The position numbers were made by a program, and so were the translations under genes. The notes below the pieces were generated by a model, which saw nothing but the letters and a program-made list of their open reading frames with translations, did not search any database and was not told the DNA's origin. DNA of 64,000 nucleotides, taken from NCBI RefSeq assembly GCF_964355755.1, contig NC_092677.1:26337175-26401174 (forward strand). Reading direction: 5' to 3'. Numbering within the stretch: position 1 is the stretch's first letter; every line of letters starts with the position of its first letter. The DNA is from Antedon mediterranea (Eukaryota; Animalia; Echinodermata). Shown one piece after another: positions 50,046-64,000 of the stretch.

Positions 50046-52612
50046 TCAGAAAATTGTACATTGAATAGAGGGTTCTTTTTCAGGTATGTGAAATTCTCCC
50101 TTCGAGTCAACATAACCTGTAACTTCTTTCGGGTTGTCTTTGTTTCCAGCTAATATATAAAATGCTGAATCACTCTGACCATAAAGAGACAGCTTGACGT
50201 CAGTGAAACTGGTTACTTTATCAGCCTCCAACTTGGTCATGAACGCTTGTAGTAGTCTTCGTAGTCCAGCCTGTTCTTTCGTTTGTTCAGCGCCCTCATT
50301 TCCACAAAGTTTGAGTATGATATTTGCCAGTGTACGTTTGTTTATCTCATCCACTAGAAACTGTAAAAATTATGTAAATGTTTACTGATACAATGAATAC
50401 CTCACTAAGCAGTACATTTTTAAGTTGAGAAATTCTGTATAATCATTATCCAGACTATTTGGAATGTACCCTATCTAGGGTTACCAGTATATGAAATGGT
50501 CATTTTACAAGTTCAACGGGTAAATTAATTGGTTTATATTGTGTTGGTTTTCACTTTGTACCAGTGGCACTAGTAATGCCAACACTGTTCTAAGTGGGTG
50601 CTAAGTTACTATGCTTCCCAGTCAAAATAGACTGCTACTGCCAGAAGGGTGTAACAATAATATATACGAAAGACCTACCAATACTTCTTCATTCTTTTGA
50701 ACCATTATAGTGATCTTGACACGATTCCTTTTGAATGTAACTTGTTCTCCATTTAACCCACAAAATATTAGCTTTATATCTGAAAACCCTTTTTGTCGAA
50801 ATGAACTTGTGAACTTTTTCCAGTATGATAGAAGATTTGTCCATTCTTCAGAAGGACTGTCACGTGGGTCAACCAACGCATCAAAAACACGAGACATACA
50901 TGTGTGACTTTCTTCGTCGGCGAAAGTGGAACAATTTGGAAGATCTACAATCAACTATAAAAACATAATTTATGTCAAATGTATGTAAGAAAGAGGACGT
51001 ATAAAGATTTTGGAAACAATTAGGGCAGATCAATAAAAAGTAACATTAGTTATTCTGGTTAACTAAAACAAATAAAAATTAATGGGCCTAAAAACAATTA
51101 TTATCTTAATATAAACAAAAATGATTTTATTACATTAGTTGTTACTCTTTCTTTGCATGGTATCTTTACCATCAGCGTGTACTCGGCAACAGTTGCTTCA
51201 CAGAAATTGGTACTCCATCGAATCGTACCAACGCTCGTCTGTACATTTTTTGTTTCCAGAAAATCTGCGCATTTGTTTGCAAATTGACGTTTTGTTTGGA
51301 TTGTTTTGTCGTTCTTTCGATAGTTTATTTGTTTAAATAAACTACTATGAACATTTTTAAGTTGTCTTATACTGTATTCACTCTCGTTGGATTTCTGTAG
51401 AAAAGACATAATGAAGTGTTTACCTAATAGTACTCGACTACTGTAATCCTGAATATGTTTTAATCCTTAAACTTAATTTTTATTGAAAACCTCGTCTCTG
51501 GCACACATCACGCTTAGATCACACCGGTGTATTATTTTCTGATCTAACAACAGTGCAAATTTTGTCAGGTGGCAGATGGGAGAATCACTACCAAAAAGGG
51601 ACAAATTGCCTTCAAACTTTTTGAGACCAGAAATATGACATTTAAATGGTATATTTAACACAAAATTTGAAACAAAATTTTTTTGAAACAATATCTTTAA
51701 CAAAAACAACAACATTATGGCCTATAAACTAATAAATATGAATGTATCGTTTATTGTATTCGTTGATGTCATCTGTTATAAGTAAATGAAAACAAGTCAG
51801 TGAATCAGTTTGATCAACGTTTATATTTTTTAAAATGATATTTCTCTTTTAGATGAATAAAAAATGAATTAATGAAATTAAATGATTATTATTAAAGATT
51901 ACTACATTTTCATATAATATACATTTAAAGCGTCCGCTAATACTATGTAAAGGCCTATACAATTATCAGATAATATTCCACATTATAAGCTGAAGTACTA
52001 GTTCAACTGTGGACCTTGCTCTTTCACTATGTTAAGAAAACAACATCAGAGATTGCGACGCACATAATGATTAATGAATCAATGGGGGTAATCACATTGT
52101 ACTTTAATCCAAATATAGTAGGCCACTGTCCATACAAAAATGTTTACAATTAATTGAGTAAATTTGTAACGCAGGCCTATTATCTCATAACTGTATATTT
52201 TTGCCGTTGTGACAATAAAGTTTTATCGTATCGTATTGTATATTATTTTTAATTTATTTTGCAGGGTACAATATATCTTTAATTAATAATCTTCTGTAAT
52301 TATAGAAACTGAACAGCATATGTTATGTAACCTAAACCTTTGTCAGTTGGCCTAGATTGGCATACGACTGGGCAAAAAAAACCCGTTGTGACAACGATTC
52401 TTACTGAAATCTAATTATTCAAACATTTTATCATCAACCATACATAACAATACCTTTCTTTATGATATTAATAATGTAACCTACAATTAAAAACAAAAAT
52501 ATTGATATCGATATAAACTGATAACAATTAAATAGCGTAAACGATTTACCGTCTTGTCAGCAACTAATTCGGTCGTGTGTCCAAAAAAACGCTGTTTAAG
52601 ATTACTTGCCAT
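50046..52612 (-). CDS. Family B copy B4, ~304 aa, CaaX (CTIF). Exons 52612-52550, 51394-51134, 50954-50679, 50360-50046
   Basis: Duplicate of B2 with intact splice sites and frame. Confidence 0.82.
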
Positions 52613-55600
52613 GATCACAGAGTAGCTAACCTGGATTGAAGCTTAGGCCTACTTGCTGCGAAAAAATAACCAGTTATTATGTGAATAAATTAACCCCAAT
52701 TTCTTGGCAGCAGAAACACGAAAAATTGTCTGTAACCCGGTAAATAACAGCCTGAAAATAACGGTTAAACCACCTGATTGATTCGGTGAGAACGCCATTT
52801 AACCGACCGGAAATTTGGTCTACTGGACATTTGGACGACAGGACATTTCGCCGACAGACAATGGCCGACAGAAAATTATCCGACAGGACAAAATGCAAAT
52901 TTCGCACCTTACTCGGTTCATTCTTTATTTCGTACAGTATCACTACACTCATGTTTACAATAACCATGTGTCTATGATGATTTTAATATACCGTAGTTGC
53001 GAATGCTCTCTAAATTTTACCATAAAAATTAAAACAATTTATTGACACTTTTTAAAATATTGTTTCCTGCCCTCAAACTTATTTTATTTTGGTAACAACC
53101 ATTATTGAAACCAATTAATTTAGCGATTTTGTCATGGTGGGCATAAGAATATGTTGAGTTTTTCATTTCGAATTGCTTTTATACTCTATTATATTTTTTT
53201 AAAAAAACACGCCAACCACCAGGTGTTCTTCATAAGAACTTATAGCACGTAAAATATTTATAAAACAAAATACGAAATGAATGCCTATTAAAAACCTCAA
53301 ACTATGTTAAATTCACCGTACTACTGAACTGCACGTCTCGTTTTCATGTCATACGGATTGTGTCGGCTGTCGGCAAAATGTCCTGTCGGTCAAATGATTG
53401 TCGGCCAAATCTTCTGTCGGTGAAATGTCTTGTCGGCAAAATTTCCTGTGTATTACGTGTATTAGTAGAGTTGTTCTTGGTATATCCAGATATATATGGT
53501 TCGTCTAACAATCCCCAAAAGGATGCCTACAAATCTGAAAAATATTTAATGGCGCCATTTAGGCAACGCCCGTTATGTCGTATCGAGAGATCTTCTGATT
53601 TATTGGTTCCTGATTGGTTATTTTTAATCACATGACTAATATTCAACGTTTTCTTGACGCACACATCACCGAAATCAATGTACCAAAGAACTCTATATTA
53701 TACCAAGCAACAACTCTGCTAATACAAGTAAGTAACTTGGCGTAGACTGTCATACATTTAACAAGTTTTTCTAGTCTTATATGATATGTTTTGATTTGTA
53801 AACACTTTTAAATACATTCGACTAGCGTAGGATAAAGGCCCATAATAGGCCCTATTTAATAGGCCACCAGGCAGAGAAGTACCTTTGCGATATTTTCGGC
53901 CAGAGACGTTTCGTAGGTACGGTCGGGTATGTGTTTTTTGCAATGTCATATACATTCGTGTGTCTTAATAAACAAACTAGATTTGAACTCGTCACTACGG
54001 ACGAGTTAGGTTATCCGCAGCGCAAATGCCACTGCACGTCATACGTTAGAATATTGCGCAAAGAAAAACGATTATGCCATTGAAACAATTTCAGTGTGCT
54101 CTCTATTTTGTTTCACGTCTAAGTATATACAGTACTATATACTGTATACGTACTACAGACAGTGCAGAATAAATGAAAATAAGTGACCAAAGTTATTGAC
54201 GCTTTTGCACATGATGACGTCTAAAATGGTGAATCATGCGAAACCTAGACAATATAAAAAAATGGAGGGCAATGGAATACGGATAAGTGGAGATGCGCTC
54301 TATTAAATGTGACGAGCTATGATGAAAGAGACAAAAATCCTATATTTTATATTCGAGTGGCCATACGATGACGTCACAATGTCCAGTTAGCCATATTGAT
54401 GCATGATTCGATATTTACAGCTCATCTACTTTCAGAATATGTAATTTAAAAAAAGTTCACCACATAGTTTATAATCTATGACTGTTTAAAGAAAGGCATA
54501 ATTTTCACAAATTGTTGAACTTTTTCATAAAAAACGCACGGAAATTGTTCAATTCTACGTGCTCGTATGACGTGATTTTAAGTCGAAATTGTTTGAAAGT
54601 TGGTAAAATTACTAGAAAAGGCTGAAAAAACAAAAATCACGCAAAAATATATGTTTTTTCGCTACATGCGCACGCGCGCGTAAACAATTGGAATGCTCAA
54701 AATTTTCGAAATGCTCAAAATGACATGAAACGCGTATGAAATTGATTAGAAGTTGATTTTTCGCATTCTGAAATTTTAAACGCGCGTGCGCGCGTAATTT
54801 TCGTTAACATTTTTAATCCATAAAAAGTTTCCCCTTTATATGACTTAAATTTTTACCAAGTGTCAATACAAAATGACTTTTGGTTTTCAATCTATGATCA
54901 ATCATTGAAATTCATAAAATCGCGCGTAACTTACGCTGCGCAACTCGAACGGGACCGAAAACCTTATTACGTCATCTTCAGATAGAGGTCAATCTTATGA
55001 CAAAGTTATACATCTTATGTTGTCCAGAATTAGAGATATGCGTGCAACAAAATTCGTGGAAAGAAAGAAGAATATAGAAAAAAAAAATATTACGTACAGA
55101 TAGTCTGTAATAGGTCATTTAGTATTGCTTACAATGTGCTAAATCATATTACATTGGTTGCTGGTGGTATCTACAATATCTAAGCTGGGCTAGTTGGGGG
55201 AAGGGGGGTCTCTAGTCAAACTATAGGGTGTCTGGCACTTGCGGTGCAGCAGACAATTAGTCTGTTGTTATCCATTTAGTATTGTATGAACACAACTTGT
55301 TCATTTGGCATTAATTTTGAGTGCATCTATGCTAACCCCTTTTTAGGCCCTCCCTGGGGGGGGGGGGGGTCTGGCGTGCCCTTTGCAGCAGAGAAAAAGT
55401 CTGTCGTTTGTGATACTGGTATAAGGATGTCAATGGGCATCCCATGGTGGTAAAATTAGGTGGTATCTCTCTCATCTAACCGGGGTCGATTTTTTAGCAC
55501 GTTTCGGGGTCCCCCCGGTCTAGACGCAGCAGGCCTGGGGGTACCCGGCAGACTCGCATTTTTATTGACTTAAAGTGACCTCCAACACACTTAAATAGTC

Positions 55601-55904
55601 AGATATTGGTACCTAGCTCATCTAACCAAATGTCTCTGGGCTGCCTGTCTATATATTCTCACTCCTGAGGACGATCAAAGCGCAGCATATTGATCGAAGC
55701 GTCGAGAAACTCAACAGTTCTTTTCAGAAATAACATACGTGGTGTACCGCAAACTTATATTAACACTACCTATATGCTTCTCTCCTCCTAAGCTTGATCG
55801 AATGTTCTGAGTTCGGAAATTGAGAATACGATTTTCTACGTTTGGTTATAAATGAAACCGTATGGTTGGTTGATGTTCTGCATTTAATATAACCTAAACT
55901 CAAC

Positions 55905-58900
55905 ATGCCAAAGGTAAACTTAATATCATAATTATTTTATCTAACATTGTTATTGTCAAGCTTATTACAGGCCATGTTAACTTCGTTTATTTTCTAAAAT
56001 CAATGAAAATTTCATCTACTTTAAATTGTATATTATAATTACATATTTAAAATATAAATCCAATATTCTTAATAAAAGTTAATGTGGATTTCGAAAACAT
56101 TATTAAAAAACAACATCTACTGTTCTAGAACATAATATAACAAATTATTTTTAAAAAGTATATTTATATATATATATATTTATATAAATCCAAAGGCAAA
56201 TTACTGAAAAAAATGACAATGCTGTGGGTATCAGTGGCTGGATCTCAATGGAGATACAAAAATAAAAAGCGAAAAGCTAAATCAAAACGATAAAGTAAAG
56301 TAAACAGCCAGAAAAGTTAGCAGAGCTTTCGGGCAACACTAGCCCTTCATCAGTGCAAGTGAAGGAATTGGGATAACGTCATAGTATAAAGCTGGCAAGT
56401 GCTGCCTGGGTGGACAGGAATAAAAGAAATATAACAAAGGGAGCCAGGGTGGAGTCTGAATAAGAGTAGAAAACAAAGAAGATATATTTATATATATATA
56501 TATATTTATATATTTAATTTGAAACGATAAAGATGAGGAAATCTGTGAGAATGAGAAAAAGTCGCCCCAACCGAGACTCGAACTCGGTCCGCCTGCTTGA
56601 TATGCAGATGTCCTAACCATTAGACCACTGGGGCTTTCATGGTATTGTTCGAACTCGATTGGTTAACGACTCTTTAACATTCTCGGCGTGGTACGGCGGA
56701 ACAGCACTAGTCCTCAGTTGTACGCACGCGCAACAGAGATCAAATTGATACGCCCTCATCTTTCAGCGGTTTAGAATTAGTGTTCTTTGCCTATTGTGTT
56801 TATATATTTATATATTTATATATATTTATATATATTACATAGCCTATGTAAATACGCGAACGTGATTGGTTGAAACTGCATCACATGACTACCGCTGCGA
56901 GGATCGTAAATCGTATATATCCTCGAGAACGATGATATTGACTGTGTAATTTTCGCGTAATAATCGTGTCCCCTGTCATTAATCATATAAATTCTCGAGT
57001 ACGATGATATTGACTGTGTAATTTTCGTGTGCAACACTCGAGTTTGCCGATAAATAAACAAAAGTCATCTACTCGATCTTGAACTCGGGTGGAATTGTCA
57101 CTCCATCGCAAGACAACGTTTCATCCGCTGGGCCACGGAATTTGCTTGAAGAAATTAATCTTCTAAACTATTTAAGCTATGCATACATAGCGCCCTCATT
57201 TGTTATAAGTCCACCCTAAATGTGATGAAACACCGTTTGTGATTGGTCAATACTCACGGTAGTAACCTAGTAACTAGTACGCGCTGAACATCCGGTGATT
57301 CGGCTCCTCGAAGATCGAGAGAAGACGAATTGTTTATTCGGCCTACCTGATTATAATATTATTATTAATAGGCTTATTGATGGAAATTCTTCTGTTAATT
57401 TAAACGACCTAGGCCTAAGTGAATATTTTATTGCCAAGGAATCATCAATTAGTAATTATCTGTATATTATTCTTCGCAAGGTAAGGTGTCTAGGCAGGCT
57501 TGTTTTAAATACAATACAAATACTATAGGAGGCCTAGCCTAGGCCTAGCCTAGCTTCACCCAACCCAGCAGACTTGTTCTTGGCTATATAATATAACAGA
57601 TATTGCCTTTTATATCGGTTAAATATAAGATTTGACATCCCCTCGGGAATGATATTAAGTTCTCGGGGAATATATATTTCCCTCAGCTGGCGCTTCGGGA
57701 AATATATATTCCCTCGAACTTAATATCATTCCCTCGGGGATGTCAAATCTTATATTTAACCTCTAAGCAGTCAATATCTGTATAATATTTATTGACTTAT
57801 ATTCAAAGCCTTTTCGATGTCATTAACCATACAATTTAATAAATAAACTGAATGCTTATGGAATAACAGGTACTCTTTAAATTAGGCTTTTGACCATCTT
57901 GACAGAAAACAAAATATCCCTTTGCAGACTTAACTCAAAGCCTCTAAGCATTGGGTTATTATTTCTAATTTATATTTATTACGCCGACTACAACTACATT
58001 ATTTCTCTTCAATCCTATATTAATACTCTATTTTAATACTTTTATTATTAAAAAAATAAGGAATTAAAAAAAAACTTTATTTCAAATAAATTACTTGCAA
58101 ACATTAAAAAAACAAATAGAAAAAAAAACTGAAAATGATGATCATAAATTATTATTTATATTTTTAAGAAATTGTAGTAACGAAAACGATATAAGCCTAT
58201 TGTCCCACTAAAAATATTTTCAAACATTTTCTGTTGAATATGCCATTATGCATATTTGAAAATAAAATTTATTTCCTGACAAAATTTTAATAAAACTTAA
58301 TAATTAAAAATTTTAATTAAAAAGCAAAAAAATTACCTAAACAATGGTTTTTGGTTAACATTAACCGTTTCTTTTGCCTTTTTATAAGTAGGCCTAGAGT
58401 AATTATTTTTTGGGTTTTTATTTCCTACAGAATTTTATAATTTGATTAAAACTGCAAAATAATAACCAACATTATTTATCAAGAAAACTATTATAATCTT
58501 ATAGGAATTATCAACAAAATGAAACATTCCTACACAATGTCACTTATAACATATTTACAATATGGCAATATCATGGGCTGCTGACTATCCATATCCAAGC
58601 TTAATAATTTTACAAAAAGAACACTTACCATTTTAAAGAAAGAGGAAAAGTGTTAATAGCGACTATTGTCAACACGTAATACGGCTATTTACGTTCGACT
58701 ATAGTTGTTTTTTCATTGCTTAGCCTTAATTATTTATGTTCAATTATTATTACATGATTATTAGGCTAGTGTAATACAATCCATAATTGATGTTTATATT
58801 ACATTGTGTTAACACAGATTGATTGTGGGAGTGAGATTACGCTTGACGATGTTCACAAGTTAAAATCTAAAATAAATGATACAGATTTTCTTAATGCTAC

Positions 58901-61900
58901 TAACATACTTATTTGCGAGACACCACAGTGGGTTCTTAGAAATGCAGAGATTCATATAGCTTTTGATCCACCATACTCATTGTGCGCAGGGAACATGGAT
59001 AATAAATTGTCATTGTATAGATGTAAAGATGGATCAATTAAGACAAACAGCACAGGAAACAAGGTAATCAGGGGTTTTGTTTTAATTACAACTTTAAAGT
59101 GTACAAGATAAAATCATACAGTAGGCCTCCTTTACTTATACCATAACGATGCACAATGTTTAATGTAGGCAGTTGACTGTGGAAGTGAGATTACACTTCA
59201 ACATCTTCAAAGTTTAAAATCCGCTACACATATTGAGGATAAAGATTTGTTTGCTGCTACCAGAAGACTGATCTGCGAGACACCAACGTCGGTTCTTAAG
59301 AATGCAAAAATTGAAATACCGACTGATGATTCAACATACTCACTGTATGCAGGGAAGAAGACTCATGAATTTGTAGTGTTTAGAGAAGAAGATGGGTCAA
59401 TTAAAACTAAAAAGAAGGCAATAAACAAAGTAATAAGATGTTTGGCTTTATTTACCGGAATGACATATAATCTTACTATTGGTGGTCACGACTTAAAGTT
59501 GTCCGCAACTTATTTTGACCTCCATCTGCACATTTTTGATGTTTTTATGTTTTATTGTAATTTTTAAGTTATGTTTCTATCTTTTTTGCAATTTGTAATT
59601 TTTATCTTTTATTTTAAAATGTGTGGATAAACCAATAAAACAAACAAACAAACTATTTTATTATACTACAATAACCGATGTACGGTACTTAAAGAGTATT
59701 GTTTTAACACAGGTACAGGAAATTCATTGTGGAACCGAGATTACACTTGGAGATGTTCAAAGTTTATACTTGGAAACAAATGATACTAATGAGGGTTTTA
59801 TTCGAGTTACACAAAAACTGGTCTTCAAAGCACCAGCGTGGATTCGTAAAGATGCAAACATTGAACTAGCATCTGATCCACCATACTCATTGTATGCAGG
59901 GAACAAGGCTCATACATTTAAAGTGTATAGAGGGGAAGATGGGTCAATTAAGATAATGAAGAAGGCGATACCGAAGGTACGTAATCAGGTCTTTTGCTAT
60001 ATATATTTATATATTTATTGCCTTTCCGCTGAAAAGTCTGCCGATATTTCCGCTTGGGCTGCTCCGTAAATCTCTTTTACCAGTTTCTTCCAGTCTGATC
60101 TTTCATTGGCTAGTTCTTTAAGTTGTTTCATGTCTTTCTTAGTTTTCAATTGTCCGGGATACTTAATGTCTGTGTTATGCTTATAAAGGATGAGTAGGGC
60201 GTTGCTGAGAGTTATTGGTAGGGTGGGTCTCGGTCTTCCTCGAAATTTTATATTGGTAGTGTTGCTGAAATAATAGCTTATTGCTGTGTCGGCTGGTGTA
60301 CATGGGTCTTGTCTAAGTATGTGACCCAATAGTCTCCATCTTGCGTCGACTATTTCTAATGAAATCGGTTTTGTTCCTGTCCTTCTGTATAAATTTATGT
60401 TCGATATCCTGTCTGGGAACCTGATACCTATGATTTTACGAGTCCCCATGTTTCAGAGTTGTAGAGTAATATACTTTTAACAAGTGAGTTGTACAGCTTG
60501 ATACGTATTTTTAATTTGATTTTTCGAAGCCACATCGAGTTTAGTTTGGTCATTGCTACACGCGCTAGTTGTGTTCTTCTAATTATGTCTTGTCTGTCCC
60601 CAAGGAGCGATCCTACTTTTTTCGTGTTTCTCCATTGTTCTTGTATGTCCTCTTTTTCTCGTCTTACAATAGTGTGTTCTGTTTTTTCTTTATTTACATT
60701 TAAGTTGAAAGTTGATAGATGGCGTTCAAATTCGTTTACATTATGCTTGCTGTTTAGACTCTACATCATCAGCATATGATATCTCTTGATGTATTTCTGG
60801 ATAATTGTTCTGATTCCTCGTAGCGCAGACTCAAGGTAAACAGTGAATAAGACCGGGCTTAAGCTATCTCCTTGAGGGGTGCCGATGTTGGTTTGGAATA
60901 TTGGCTGTTCTTTTGCCCCTTTTATTTTTAGATTTAGTCCGGTTTCACTCAGCAGAAATCTAACGATCCTAAGTTCATCTTCGTCTATAATTGAGTATGT
61001 CGAGGAGTTTGTTTCTATCCACGGTGTCAAACGCGCTTGACATATCTATACCGGTTATGTAAATATTTATTTTGTTCTTTTTGTGCTTTAGCTATAAGCC
61101 ATCTATGTGTAAAAACAATATTACTTGTGCTTCTGCCTTTGCGAAACCCACTTTGGCTTTGTGGTAAGAATGCGTCTACTTTCGATGTAATTCTATCCAG
61201 TGTTATAAGCGATAGGCACTTGCGTATGGTGTTAAGTAGAATAACAGGTCGTAAATTCTTAGTTGGACCCTTTTCCTTACCCGGTTTTGGTAGTGCTATG
61301 AGTGTTCCTTTATTAATATCCACGAATTCATGTTTTGTAAATATTTGATTTAAAATGTCTGAAATCATTGGAGCTAGAACAGCGGAACCGTATTTTAGTA
61401 GTTCTCCTGGGATACCATCCTCACCTGCTGCTCGACTGTTGTTTAGGCGTTTAAGATTCTTGGTTACTTCCTCTTCACTGATTTCACTATGTGAGTCCCG
61501 ATGGGAGTGGATTTTATATTGGTAGGAAATGGGTTCCGAGTATACACAAAGTATGGAAATGTTCCGAAAGAATATCGGTATTACAACTAACCACGAAAGA
61601 AAGTTAATAACTTTGATCAACGTTTATGCGCCGAATACATACATAGCAAACACGAAACCAGACGAAATAAACAAACTATATACCGACCTAGAAGGCCTTC
61701 TCAAGCGATACGGTAACAAAACATTACTTATTTTGCGGTGATTTTAATTCTTCGGTAGGAAAAAAACGGGATGACGAGAGGTGTATGGGATCATTTTCTA
61801 GAGGAAAACGAAACAAAAATGGACAAACACTCATAGATTTCTGTGAAAAACACAATTTATTCATAAATAAAAGCGCGTTTCAGCATTCAGCACGTCATAT

Positions 61901-64000
61901 AACTACATGGTCCCAACAGAGAAGAAATTCCAAAGGAGAACTGATCAAACTGTACACTCAAATAGACTATAATGTTATATGTAAAAGTAGATACAAGACT
62001 CTCCTAAAGAACGCTAGGTCATACAACGGAACACTTTTAGATAGTGATCACAGAATAGTAATCACAATATTCAACTTAAAATGGCATCGCGTCAACAAAC
62101 AAAACACTAACAAAAACATTAACTTATTTGCATGTGAAAAGCTAGTGACAAGCGAAGAAACTAGGAATTTATACGTAGAAAAACTGAAAGAATGCATAGA
62201 TGTTGTTGTGAAACCGGATCAGCCAGCCGTTACATGGCAGAAATTGAAAAGCGTCGTGAAGGCAGCTGCAAAACATACAATAGGACCAAAACAAAAGGTC
62301 GGCTACAACAAAAGGACATACGACGACACTTGAACTCAACGCCTATCAACGCACCAAAAAGAACTTAGACAACAAAAAGCTAACTGCAAGTCGGAAATCG
62401 AACGTACATCATTAGTCTAGTGGGCTCCAGACGTTGTTTTTTCTTAATATTAGTAAAAATATAAATATTTTTGCACATATGGCGTTTCATACGTGTATTA
62501 CTTGAGTTTGGATACTCCGCCTGGGGAAACACGCACAAGTCACGTGGTTTGACACCAAGAATTCGTGGTGCATACGATTATCCGGTTGACTAGTTTCAGC
62601 TGCATGCGATTGGCTACTCACTCGTACACCGTTTTAATATTCATGTTTCAGAATTTCAAAGACTCAACAACTAAGAAGGTACGCATGCGCTATGTTACGT
62701 TTAGAAAATGTGTACTTGGGAACATTAATGAAAGTTTCTGAAGGCTAGAAATGATTTTATATTACCGTATGCCTAGTAGTAGTCTGGTAAACATTTGATG
62801 GGATTTTTCCCATGAAAACTCGTCTTGCTTCTCCGCAAATCAAACATTGAATGGATCATTTAATATTACGCGGAGATAATTTGATTTAATTCCCACCCAG
62901 ACCCTGTCCTGTTCTGTGTAGTGGTGTAGCCCTGTCTGCCTGCCGGTGGTGGTATGTAGGCCTACCTTATTGGCGCGCGTTTTATTTGGCAGGTCATACG
63001 TGCGAATTGAGTAGGACCTACGAAGGAGGCCTAGGCTAAGGACTAAACAATTAATAAACAAAACAACTTGGCAACACGATTTCATATTTCAACAGTCTCG
63101 ATCGTACATTCAGCACTGTACGTACTCGATCTTTTTCATTTTGAAACAAAATGATTATTGGTTGATTCGAAATCCATATTTACATACCGTCCGCCCCATA
63201 TAGCCAAATACGGTATGATAACCTACGTCATTTATCGGATGTTTGCGGTCTGCAAATCGATTTCTATACGTGTTTCACAAGTCTGTATTTTCAGACAAAA
63301 ATCGCAGTCGAAATAAAAACAAATAAATAAAAATAAAAAACAATACAGACTTGGGGCAAGCTTAGTACATCATTAAAGCAAAAAAGAAACAAAATCATGC
63401 ATGATATTAAAAAAAAAAGTAATTGAAACACGCAACAACAAAGAACTTGATCAGAAAAGTTTGGATATCGACAAAGCGATAAGGGGCGCCCAAATGTTTA
63501 AAGCAGTGAAAGATCTTAATAGAAAACCATTCGAAAATCCAAAAGTGTTTGATGCTAACAAAAAGTTTATTGCCTCACCAAATGGAATAGCGAAAGTAAT
63601 TGGCAATCACTTCGAAAACAAATTTTACGACGGAAGCAAACGAAATATAGATTCATTTTAGGGAAATCCTAGGCCATTAAATAAAGAAATCAGTGAAGAG
63701 GAAGTAACCAAGTGTCTTTTGCTATATTTGACTTTAAAGTATTGGAATTTATAACATAGATTTAAATTTGTATCCGTGTTTGTCGACAGGACCACAATGT
63801 AAAACAGGTATATTTCTACTTGATTGTGTATAATCCTGTATAAATATGTTGTTAAATAAAAAATAAATAAATAAAAAACATAAAACACACATTATTTGTA
63901 TATACTATACTAACATAATGACGCAAATTGTTTTAATTCAGAAAGTTAATTGTGGAAGTGAGATTACACTTAAAGATGTTCAAGATTTACAATTTGAAAC
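55905..64000 (+). CDS. Family A copy A5 (duplicate of A3, runs off the window). Exons 55905-55913, 58818-59063, 59169-59429, 59713-59976, 63942->
   Basis: Same splice signals and frames as A3. Confidence 0.83.
56563..56634 (-). tRNA. Duplicate tRNA-Asp(ATC)-like sequence
   Basis: Same cloverleaf as 33242-33313, with one variable-loop change. Confidence 0.65.

Noticed and set aside
15232-64000. Assigning A or B to known families (gasdermin, GBP, death-fold, lectin)
   Set aside because: I recognised no diagnostic motifs, so no gene symbol is justified without a profile or structure search.

Overview
AT-rich, intron-containing animal genomic DNA from a transposon-rich invertebrate (echinoderm-like is only an impression). 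The first ~15 kb is mostly repeats: a 63-bp satellite inside a DNA-transposon-like element, an intact CR1-group LINE ORF2 nested in an older antisense LINE, and a decayed LINE. From 15 kb to the end lies a tandem array of two unannotated multi-exon gene families that alternate strictly in strand. Family A (+ strand, 5 copies) has a 3-4 codon start exon (MPK/MPKE), then 1-5 symmetric phase-0 exons, each encoding one ~85-aa domain (xxCGSEITLxDV...LxCETPxWVLKDAEIEI...YSLYAGNK...F.V.REEDGSIK), and ends in a Trp-rich amphipathic tail (...WW-stop). Family B (- strand, 4 copies) has four phase-0 exons and ends in a CaaX box (CTIF/CIIS). B and A sit head-to-head, with ATGs only ~0.6 kb apart in one pair and kB-, IRF- and CRE-like motifs between them. 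B's exons look like distant versions of the A domain. The array shows birth-and-death evolution: a ~15-kb near-identical duplication, pseudogenes, an Academ transposon in one B copy, and a twin-primed 5'-inverted RTE LINE in an A intron. Minimal hammerhead ribozymes, a tRNA-Asp(ATC)-like gene and Helitron/MITE ends are also present. All gene models were built by eye from GT/AG signals and paralog comparison. No database search was possible.
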